Made by a program: the position numbers and the translations under genes. From NCBI GenBank assembly GCA_010909165.1, contig MU008206.1:1-64000 (forward strand): a stretch of DNA of 64,000 bases, in the 5' to 3' direction. This document shows, one piece after another, positions 37,772 to 48,540 of this stretch. The DNA is from Anthoceros angustus (lineage: Eukaryota > Plantae > Anthocerotophyta). Under the pieces are notes generated by a model. That model worked only from the letters and a program-made list of their open reading frames with translations, ran no database searches and was not told the DNA's origin. Each line of letters opens with the position of its first letter. Position 1 is the first letter of the stretch.

Positions 37772-38290
37772 GCCAAGATCATTGAAGACGACAAGACGAC
37801 AAGATTTATTAGTAGGGAAGGAACATTTGATGATAGACAATATTTCTACTGTGTTAACAAGAAGGTAAACCTAAGACTTGTATTTCTAACATTTGTACGT
37901 TTTGAAGGAGCAACTGCTTTTAAAGGTGATGGACCTAGTATGGTGTTTGACAAAGTGAATAATTCATGGGAGGCAACTTCACTAAATGAAAGAGAGAGAG
38001 CAATGGGTTTTGATTTAGATGCCATGTTAGGAAAGGATGTGACTTCGTCACAAAGAAATAAAAAGCTTGGGCAAGCAATGGATCTAAACACATTGAAGTG
38101 GCTATTTGTATCATTCAAAATATATGATGAATGAAAATGTAATGGAGGATTATTTTGGATGAATTGTGTGTTGGAGATAGACATAATATTCAAAAAATGC
38201 TAGATCGAAAAAGGGAAAGCATTTGCTTTCTCTACAAAGGAACTAGGTAGACATAGACCCTTTGAATTCAAGATACAACTTAACCCCAGA
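37772..38290 (+). pseudogene. C-terminal fragment of a C5-cytosine DNA methyltransferase followed by the start of a Ty3/Gypsy RT
   Basis: NERERAMGF (motif IX-like) and RNKKLGQAMDLN (motif X-like). After a stop and a frameshift: WRIILDELCVGDRHNIQKMLDRKRE/AFAFSTKELGRHRPFEFKIQL, resembling the pre-RT segment of Gypsy pol. Confidence 0.65.
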
Positions 38291-38777
38291 ATGACCAAGC
38301 ATCTTGATTTGAGATCTTACCCCTCTTTATGCATCTTTTTGGATAAAAAATTATGACAAGAAATCATGTTAAGGTTGTATTTTGTGCAGGGTTCCGCGCT
38401 TTACATCATAGAAAAAAATTAAAAAGAGTAAAATACTCTTGGGCGCTTGGAAGCTAGATTTCAAGGGATAAGAAAGTAGAGGATAGTATTTGGTGAGTTA
38501 TCCATCCATTCGTTTTTGCTAAACATTCAAAACTCCAAGTTGTTTGGCACCTCATCCTAATACTGCTCCGTATCCAAGGTACCAAAGTTCTTACCGAAGT
38601 GGTATCCAATTCATCCATCTCAACTCATCACATTAGAAGATTGAAGAGTATTTGTATGGTGTTTAGGCATGCAACCCATAGATACTTAGAGGTTTCACTA
38701 ATCACGATCTAAATAAGCGAATCAAATCTTGACACGCAAGTATCTTGCTGGAAGCACCTAGAACCGTCCACCTGCTC

Positions 38778-39477
38778 TTACTTAAACGAGGGTCCTCCCC
38801 CACGTCCTTTGTTTGACGCATAGAAGGCATGCTGCTTACCAGCACGCCTGCTAGTTCCTTTAGTTGCCTCTTCATGAAGTAAAGCTCCCACTAATTCGGC
38901 GAACGTTGTTTCAGGAAGAATGAAATTTGCAGCCTTTGCTAATTTAGTAGTGTGGAGCTGCGAAGCATTATAAGAGGTCACGAAGTGTGACCATGATTCG
39001 GGGAGCGAAAGCATGAGATACAGTGCCAACATGTCCTCCTTGACAACTTCATAAGAGGCACTCTCCAATTTTGAGACAAGAGTCCTGAAGTATCCGACAT
39101 GTTTTTCAACTGAATCATCTTACAGTTTTGAAGGTTATGCAATGCTGTCATCTTACTGGTCACGTTATTTTCAGAATACAAGCTTTGGAGGCGGCTCCAA
39201 ATCTCAACTGCAGAAGAACATCCAGAAGTCTGCCTCAACATATCATATGTTAGGCCACTTCGGATTAGTACACGGCTGTGTCATTTTTTACTGTCCATGC
39301 CTCCTTTTCTTTCTCCTCTTCTGATTTTAAGGTTTCCGCTCCAATAACCATCCTCCAGAGTTTTCTGTTCTGAAGGGCTCCTTGCATTCTCATGACCCAA
39401 ATGTCGTAATCCTGTCCCCTGAATCTGTCCTTTTCCTTAAAGCTTTCCCCACCCATGTTGGATGAAGACTCAGCCAT
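38778..39477 (-). mobile_element. Ty1/Copia gag relic
   Basis: RFRGQDYDIWVMRMQGAL..LW, SAVEIWSRLQSLYS, LMLSLPESWSHFV, LVGALLHEE (Copia gag pattern). Frameshifted; no pol visible. Confidence 0.85.
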
Positions 39478-39716
39478 TTCGGAGGTATTCTACTGACCTC
39501 CTATATATGTAGTGGGATTGAATGGCTGACACGAAATGCTAAAAAGTTTCTATAACTTCCCTTGTACAGGTTAGTCACTTCAAAGGTTAAGTCAAGGATA
39601 AGGACAAGTCTGATATGCTCCCAAAGCATCAAACATATGCTGACATTGCAGCCAATGATCAATGCTAGCAGGTTAGACTTCTATTAACTATGTGTACAAA
39701 GAGCTACCTGTCCTAC

Positions 39717-40385
39717 TCACAAGAATTTGTGATGTCTAATCTCCCATTTATTAATCGCGTAAGTGGAACATGAAGGATATGAATTTGGACTATCAAATTT
39801 GTGATTCCTGTTAGTTTTCATGGCGTGCTTACATGCAACTCCTCTTGTAACATGGTTAGCAAGCAGGGCAGGCTTTAACAAGGCAAGCAACTTGAAATCC
39901 AAATGTGAAATCTGCTCCTTCAGGTCTTGTAAATCTACATTAGCAACAACAACTTTTTGATTTATGTTGCTAAAGCATCTATCGACATTTTGCTAATGTG
40001 CTTCGATTCTAGTAACTAGTTGTGGTACACCTGTGTGTGGTGCAACATGTGTGGTCAGGAAGCCTTTAGGATTACCGTTTCCATCGAATGCTCGCTAAAC
40101 ACGTGTCTCTAGAAGATTGTGTGGATTTCGTGGTGGAGGGGCAAAGACCAAGTAGCGCCGATCTGGATAAAGAGTCTCTATCAAAGTGTTGAAGGACTCC
40201 CGCAACTCAGTAGCCAGTACAGGTTGATTATGATTTCAGACTGTCCATTCCCATGTGTGTTGATGGAGCTGCTCCGCAATTGTCAACCTGGCTTGTGCTC
40301 CTTGCCCTCTGCGGCGATTCTGCAATTGTTGAATTCACTCAGCAGGGCGAGGTTGCCACTGATGCCCCTCGTTTTGGTTGGCCAT
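39717..40385 (-). pseudogene. Decayed ~220-codon ORF of unknown function upstream of Copia gag
   Basis: One frame from the ATG at 40385 (MANQNEGHQW...) into the ORF-track ORF 39717..39902, interrupted by 2 TGA and 2 TAG. Coiled-coil-like VDLQDLKEQISHLDFKLL. Confidence 0.5.
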
Positions 40386-40731
40386 TCATTTAACCAGATT
40401 TTGTGTTGTTAGAGTGAATTCAAAAACATTCTCTAATTCTCTATTTGTATTTCTATAGACTGCCTGCAAATCAGGCAGTTGTCCTAGTGTATCTCCACCG
40501 GAATTGCTCAAGCAGCAATCCAGAGGAGGTGCACTAGGATTTCTACCTTGATTTGCAAAGTTCTATAAATTGTTAGAGAAGAAAACAACACAAAACTTCT
40601 GTTCTTGATATTTCTGTTTTCTTGTTCAAGAAACCATTTTCTAAAACAAAAACAACAGAAAATACATGTTTGTGCATATCTTTCAATGCAAAATTTTATG
40701 TGCATTCACTAGAATGCAATCCACATCCATC

Positions 40732-40743
40732 GCTCTGATACCA
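40732..40743 (-). other. Primer-binding site complementary to tRNA-iMet (TGGTATCAGAGC)
   Basis: gctctgatacca on the + strand. The adjacent AT-rich ~40745-41000 is a probable 5' LTR remnant. Confidence 0.8.
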
Positions 40744-42685
40744 TTAGAAAATATAGGGAGATGTGAACCAATTAAACATATTAATTACATTGTATATTCA
40801 AGAAAGATAGATTTAGTTACATACTGAAAAGACAACTTAACTTAAATATGAAAAGACGTAACTTATCCAAGAGACGCAACCCTAATGAAAAGCCACTATG
40901 AAACCCTTTTAACCAAGCAAATAATAACTAAACCGTGAACCCTAATCATGACATAAACACCCTATTTCATTATAGACTATAGGGAAAGACTCCCTAGAGG
41001 TTCTCACTGTCTGGTGTCAAACTCATAGCAACCGGCCCAAGGAAGAACTTGCTGGCTTGTAGGCGGACCCCAGGCAGTTGCGCTGTAAGGGCGAGCTGGG
41101 GCCAATCAGCTTGAAGTGAGGTTAGAGTAGGAGGATGATGAGTTGAGTCGAGTTGAGCGTTGAGGATGAGGAGGAGGAGAAAATTGAGTAGAGGATTAGA
41201 GTGTAGGAAATAGTGGAAGGCCCAAGGCAGAACCTACGAGACGAATCCCAAATTTGCAGCAAGAAGGCGCTCCCATCGTTGGAGGAGCTAGTCTTAGAGG
41301 TGGGGACAAAATTGCGGCGTGGGTCAGGGGGTCCTTGGACATCCGTGGTGGACTCCTTTCCACTGAGGCATGGCCTACAGTTGTGTTGTGTCATTGTAGG
41401 TCGGGAGTTGATGAATTTTCAGAGCAGTGCAAGTGGTGCAGCTGTTGTAGAGGGAGAGTTAGAGGGCGCCTTGCTCGTTGAGGGTGCTGAGGATGTGAGT
41501 GGGTGTAGGCAAGGATTGATCTCTCTGAATCTGGCTGTCCACACAAGTCTCATGGGATGAAACCACGTGCTAAGCGACAGTGGGATAAGTGTGGCCATTG
41601 GAGGGTGAATCTCGGAAGCCTCGTGATTTTCCTCCCACAACGCCCCTCACGACGCAGCCAGCAAGGAAGTGACAAGTGCTGGCCTCCCGGCGGTCTAGGA
41701 CCTCGTCAACCACAAGAGACTTGCACGATTCTTAGCGCTCTCAACCTCGCGACACGGCACTAGGCTCCAAGTAGCCCGCCGTCCACTGATGACTCGCTGG
41801 CTACTTCTTCGAGGTGCTGCTCTTTATTGATAGCATACAATGATGGAATCTAGCTATCTACGCCCAACTGGCTACTACCCTTGACTCTAGGACAAGCTTA
41901 CTAGCTAGCTCTCCATAGCTCTCTCTCAACACAAGGCTTGCAGAGCACACTTGCCTGCTCTGTCAAGGAGTGAGTGTATACTCCTCAAAGCCCTTGCTCT
42001 AGCCCTTATATATCCTGCAGCCTGACCTCAACTAGGCACCTGTTAACATTAGGACCACTGATCACTAAGAGTCCTCTCTAGGCAGCTCTTCATTAGTTGC
42101 TGTAGCAATTCCTCTCTAATAGGAGATTGCATGAAGCATGCAGCACATGCATCTTCTTAACAGGGCAGCTACTAACTTAACTTTTTATCTCTTTTAACTT
42201 TTCACATTCCTATCTTATTTCACCAATACCGTCCTATGGACCTTAGTTGCTTTTCTTAAAGTGACCACCCTATGGTTTCCAAGGTGTTTAAGCCCATAAT
42301 GCCCACCCCCATAATGCCCACCCCACTCAAATCGAGTGGCTACGGGTACCAGAATGTAAACACTTGAATGTGATGAATCCTTCACAAGAGATATCTAGCT
42401 AAAAACGCCACAAAGAACCATGGGGGATGATTTGTAGGTAGTGGGATCGTCTCATATTCGGCACTTTGGGGTGGACGCCACTCTCGCGAAAGATCATGTC
42501 CAGATAAGATTATGTCCAAACGTTAAGACGAGTTCCGTGCAAGAACTGGTGCTCATATATTTAGCAACAGCAAATACAAGTGTTTTTATTTCCAAGCCTA
42601 CAGTTTGCCCTGCCGTACAGTGCAAACAGATGGGCAGTGCCACCCAAGGAAACCTTTCCAATGGCTTCCCGAAGGAGTCACATTC

Positions 42686-45600
42686 TCACGGCAACTTGAT
42701 GGGAGCCTTTTGCAACGCCTTACTGAGTAGCTCTTTCTGCTCCTGCTGATGGATGCTGCCAAATCCCGTTGCCGTGGCAGCTGAAGGTGGCCGACCCACG
42801 TACTTCACATCCTCAAATTTGCCACGGCCCAGTGAAGACATGGCAGTTGCCAGACGAAGACCAACGTATGAGAAGCCTCCCATATTCATGGGTTCTTCTT
42901 GACACCACACTATCTCAGCATCTGCACAACGTCTTGCTTTTAATATAACCACCACCACCACCACCACCACCTCAACAACAACCAACGCACACCAGGGACA
43001 TCAAGTACTCACTAGGATATCGCTTCAGCTCCCGCTGGACAAGGTCGTAAGGGAAGGGACATAGCTGCTCCACACGGCAGATCGCCACATCCGTTCCTCC
43101 TACTCTCGTTCTCTCCTCGTCAAGCTCGTAGTACACCTACACGGCCAGAAATGAAGACACAAACCATGGAAGCTGCAGACAAAGATGGAATTCACAGTTT
43201 CCTTGTCAGTCGTGTTCGCAATACCTTCCCAGAGCACAAAATAAGACGTCGAATGCCTTCTTCAACATCAGAGTGTTCATTCTGATCCTTAATAAGTCGC
43301 TTGAATCTGGTACCCTGCTTGTCAAAGCCTGGGTGCCCCTTCACATCATCAAATTCAGATAGATTTGAACGGCACGAATGATGTCTCAGCAAGTTTTTGG
43401 GCGACATCACAATCAACGGTTTGCGAAAATCCCGATGAATCTGCTTGGGACAGGACATTAAAAAATGATCAGCGCACACACTCTAGAGGAACTATACCAG
43501 AAGCATGCTCGTTGATCAACACCACATGACCAGTTTGACAAGCAAGCTTGCCTGACGGCGAAGGACGTGGAAGTAATTTGCTGGAGTAGTCACATTCACT
43601 ACTTGCCAGTTACACTCCTGGATTTGACGCCTCAGTGTCGGATCCATCTCAGGTATTATGAATGGGTTGTCATCACTCATCTGCAAGAGCCCAGAAATCC
43701 CCGTCACATTAGGAAAAAGAGGCCAATGTCATCTAACAACAAAGGGCAACACTGAACAGATGATAACTCTCTCTGTGGCCAAACCTGAAGATAGCGCTCT
43801 AATCTGGCACTTGAATGCTCGGGACCCTGGCCGTCATAACCATGAGGAAGCAACAGAACCAAACCTGACTGCCGAAGCCACTTAGCTTCTCCACTACTTA
43901 TGAATTGATCAAATATAACTTGGGCACCATTTGCAAAATCCCCAAACTGGGCCTCCCACAGAATCAAGGAGTTTGGATTTTCCATGGAATACCCCAAATC
44001 AAAGCCCAAAACTCCAAATTCCGAAAGTGGGCTAAACATCACAACAATGAAGTCAGACGCTGGCTAGATTGGGCACCTTGACATAAGCAGTGAGAAGCTT
44101 TTGACCATCGAACTATAATTACCTGTTGCACACAGTGAACATTTCCTCTTCTTGGTCTGTCAAGACATGATCCAGTGGGCAATATCGTTCTCCTGTCACC
44201 TGGTCATGTACCACAGAATGTCGATGGCTAAAGGTTCCCCGCTCAACATCCTGTCCACTCAATCGAACATGGTTGCCTTCAACCAGAAGCGTTGCAAAAG
44301 CCAATGCCTCAGCCGTGGCCCAATCCACACCTTCTCCAGTTTCAATCATCTGAGCCCTCTGGTCATATATTCTCTTGATAGATTTATGTGCATTGAAGTT
44401 TTCCGGTAGCTTTGTAATAGACTGCCCCACTGTTTTCAGAATCTCTGGCTTCACTCTGCAACCATAAGTTGTGAGTGCATCTACCACTATAAAATGCCAG
44501 ATGTTTCAAGAGAGGGTCAAGTACTCAACGTGCTGTAAGAAGAGCCAGGCTTTAGCGTACCCTGTGTTTCTGATTCTTGAGAGCTGTTCAGGTCCCTTGA
44601 AGCCAGACCAGTATGCAGCAAGCCAGTCCCTTGTTTTTGGTATATAATCCTTGCTCGTGTTAAACTCCTCATTGAGGATGCACATCACCTGATCTCGCAT
44701 CTTCCTAATCTCGTCTTCTGTCATTTGGCCTGATTCTATCAACTTCTTCTCATACAGCTCTAAAGCTGGAGGGTGACTTCTGATAGCCTGGCCATACAAC
44801 GTACGTACTGTGTGAAATTATGAAGCATTTGAGATTTGATCATCCACTGCTCAGCGACATGAAAGCTGACTTCCTCTACAAGCAAGCATACCTTATACAT
44901 GGTAGGCTGTGTGAAGGAAGGCTCATCAATCTCGTTGTGACCAAACCTGCCAGGTAAACATCAGTAGGGCATAAAAGTCGAATACTGGTAGCAGAACTTG
45001 GCCACAAGACACAGCTTCAACCCGATATTATTGACCTGCAAGCCCCAACAGAACCCTCTAAATGACAAGAGGAAAACACAAACCTGCGATAGCACACAAT
45101 GTCCACCACCACATCCGAATGGAAACGTGCACGCCATTCAGCAGCTAGCTCACAAGCATGGACCACTGCTTCCACATCATCTCCGTTCACATGAAAAATT
45201 GGGGCATTCAGTGCCTTGGCTACATCTGTACAGTAAGGTGAAGATCGGCTGGACTTTGGATCCGTTGTGAATGCCACTTGATTGTTGATAACAAGATGCA
45301 CTGTGCCCCCCGTGGTATAGTTCACTAAGTCGCTTAAGTGAAATGTTTCATAGACCACACCCTGTCCTGAGAAGCTTCCATCTCCATGCAGCAAAATGGC
45401 CATGCTTTTGTTTCTCTCTTTATCATTTGCATAGTATTGCTTAGCCCTCGTTTTGCCAATGACCACCGGATCAACTGCCTCCAGGTGGCTAGGATTTGCC
45501 ACAAGGGAGAGATGGATCCTGTTGCCACTCCTGGTAGGTCTATCGTAGGAAGTCCCTAGATGGTACTTCACATCTCCACTCCCTGTGTAACCCCCTGCTT

Positions 45601-46624
45601 CTACATCCACGGGTTTCATGCCACCACTAAATTCACTAAAAATTTGCCTCAAAGGTTTGCGAACCACATTGCCCAGTACATTCAGCCTTCCCCTGTGAGC
45701 CATGCCAATGACAATGTTCTCGACACCCCTGTCTGCAGCTCTGTCAATCAGCTCCTTCATACCAGGTATTAAGGTTTCGCAGCCCTCCAACCCAAACCGT
45801 TTAGAAGCCATCCATTTCTGCGCCAGAAAACTCTCAAAAATGGTGCCCCACATGAGACGATCGAGGATAGCAAAACGGCGCTGAGGCCCGTACTTCCCTG
45901 GGACCTGGGTTTCAATTTTGTCTCTGAGCCAATTGCACTGTTCTCTGTCAGATATGTGCATGTACTCATAGCCGATGGTGCCGCAGTAGGCCTGCTCAAG
46001 TCGATTTAGTATTGACCTGAGAGTCTGAACGGGTCGATTCTCCGACAAAAACCCCGACATTCGCCACACTCCCAGAAAGAATTCTCGATCTAGATCAGCC
46101 TCGGTGAAGCCATAAAGAGCTGGGTCAAGATCCGCCGGGGGATCCCTCTTGCTCAAGCCAAGTGGATCCAGTCTTGCCTTCATGTGGCCGTTCACCTGGT
46201 AGGCCCTGACAAGTAACAACAGGCGCATGCTTTCCTGAATTGTTTGGCCTGAGATCCCGGGGCTGGAGGCTGCAACCCCTGTGAAATTGCGGAAGAAGGC
46301 GTCCCATGATTCATCCACAGCTTTGGGGTCGTCCTCCCACGCTTTCTGGAGCTCCTCAAGGTAGGCACTGCTCGTGCCATCCAAAAAATTATCTGTGAGC
46401 TTAGACAATGGAACAGCTCTGGGGACGGGCGCTAATTGCAGCTTCTCCGGGCTGGCATGGATGGATCGGAAGCTTGCGGATCGGTCCTGAAAGCCTGCCC
46501 ACAACCCTGTGGCAAGTGGTCGTTGCGAGCTGGTGCCATCCCGCGCTCCTGCTGTTCGCACGCAGCGCCAGCTCCTAGCCAGCCGGGCAGTGGTCAGGCA
46601 CGTTAACCTCTGCCGCCAAGCCAT
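42686..46624 (-). CDS. OGDH: 2-oxoglutarate dehydrogenase E1 component, mitochondrial, multi-exon
   Basis: [105 protein letters not shown], with canonical short introns (one GC-AG). Confidence 0.97.
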
Positions 46625-47084
46625 AGACGCTAGTTCACCCCACTCCCGACGGCTGAGCTCAAATACTGAGGCAGCTGAGCTACTCAGATCAAAGCTCGGG
46701 CCGGAGACTCACAACCTTGAAACCACTTACGCGCGCGCGCTCCTGCTACCCCAGTTCCGTGTTCTTCATTTCATTTTCCGCTCGCCGTCCAGTCGTGCTA
46801 AGTTCCTTCCCTGTTCCACGGTCCAAGTTCCTGGTCCGGGTCACTCGTCCCCTTACTTGCTCAATCCAGGTCGGATGCCGGACGGGTCTATCAATTGTCA
46901 CATTACCCGGAGCCGCAGTCTTTTCCATATTATGAGCTTCAGACTAGGTCGGTATCCCACTCTCCTCTTACTTTTTTTTTTTGGGTAGGTACGTAGGGGC
47001 TTACACTTTAGGGCGAAAATCCTTTTTTTTTTACTTTTGCCGATTAATATTTAATAATATACATCAAGAAGTAAAAAAAATCAC

Positions 47085-47335
47085 TATATTAAAGTCCACT
47101 AAGGACGGAATTTCCATCATAGGACTGAAAAGACACATATTGAAAAGCATTAAAGTTTAACCGCTATTTTGAATTTCCTAGGTACTAGTGGTGTGAAGTA
47201 AATCAAATATATGGCAGGTTGAAATGTTGGATACATTCTTCGATATATTCTGCCCTGTAATCCCACATTTGTTTCAAGCAAACACCTGTAAAAATAGGGT
47301 CAAGAAAAGAGAAGAAACTTCGGAGCGAAGATGGC
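47085..47335 (-). mobile_element. 3' fragment of an RTE-like LINE
   Basis: Terminal block matches 20037-20072. The minus strand encodes an ORF2-end-like CLKQMWDYRAEY. Confidence 0.45.
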
Positions 47336-47349
47336 CCCAACAACAACAA

Positions 47350-48540
47350 CGACAACATGATGTCTTGTCCCATTTTTGCAAGGCCAGGGACTTGGAGGTG
47401 AACTTGAAGAAGACCAAGATGATGTTCTTCAATAGGATGGACCCAATCGATCGCAATTTGCAGTTCTTTTGTAATGGCAAGCCAATTGAGATTATCCGAT
47501 CTTATGTCTACTTGGGTGCAACTCTTTATGGCCCGAGTTTTCAGTGGAAGGTTTCTCCTGCTGCTCGCATTGTCAAGGGTGTGGCATTAGCGTGTGGGTT
47601 CGGAGGCAGTGGTCTAGGATGCACATCAATGACATCCCCACTCAGCAATTGTTATTCAACAAAGTTGTTCCTTCCGTTATGTATGCTGCGGAGTTTTGGG
47701 GCCCCTAGGGATCTTTAGTAGGATGACTGTAGCAAGGTGGAACAGGTCCAAATATCCTTTCTTCGACCACATATTGTTTATAAAAAGTTTGTCCCCCTAG
47801 CCATCTTTTATGCAAAGTTTGCCACATTCCCGCTTGAGCTTGAGGGTCTATTTCGTCTAACCAGCTTCCTACACCGTCTCTATTCTTTAGAGGAAGCTCA
47901 GTCCAATCACCCCACCTCCACTCCCCCGTACGTCCTCCTTGCTTTCTATTCCTCTCGGAAGTTAGCCTTTTTAGGTAGCAAGACTTGTTGGTATGCTCAA
48001 TCTTCTCCTTGGCTCAAGAAACTTGGCTTCTGTCCCGAAAATCCCCCAGCCCACCCCCTTTTCCAATTTTTGCCTCCGCCTTCCAATAGGTCCATTCGCA
48101 ATGAATTGCAATCCATCTATCTCTCATACACCTAGTCTCCTCTCTTTGGATCCTTACCCACTAAACTCCACACTAACAAACAATTTTTCAGATCCTCTCC
48201 AAGTCCGGGAGACCCTTGCTTTCACTCTATCTCCGCAACCATGTGTCTTTCAACCTTAGGATGATTATAGGTCATTTCGTAGTCTCATCGTCTCGTGATT
48301 GAGACTTATAGATGGCTTCATCTCAAGCCACCTAGGGAGACTAGAATATGCAGTAGGGAAGTTGAGACAGAGGAACACTTTGTTTTCGTCTACCCTATCT
48401 ACGAGGATATCGGGAATTCTTTTGCCAACTTATTCATACCAGCTCATCTGCTAACCGGATTCTCCACCAATGTCTTAGTCCCTACCGGTGTACCTCCATC
48501 TTCGAGATAGTCCACCACAAACCAGTCCAACGCTTGCTCT
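47350..48540 (+). mobile_element. 5'-truncated LINE ORF2 (RTE-X-like); 3' part repeated at ~50000-50560
   Basis: LEVNLKKTKMM..IEIIRSYVYLG (RT thumb) and, clearest in the second copy, HFRVGSHRLRIETYRW..RETRIC..EVETEEHFVF. Confidence 0.75.

Noticed and set aside
41010-42290. Solo LTR
   Set aside because: Composition and a TATA-like motif are suggestive, but I could not define TG..CA ends or a TSD.
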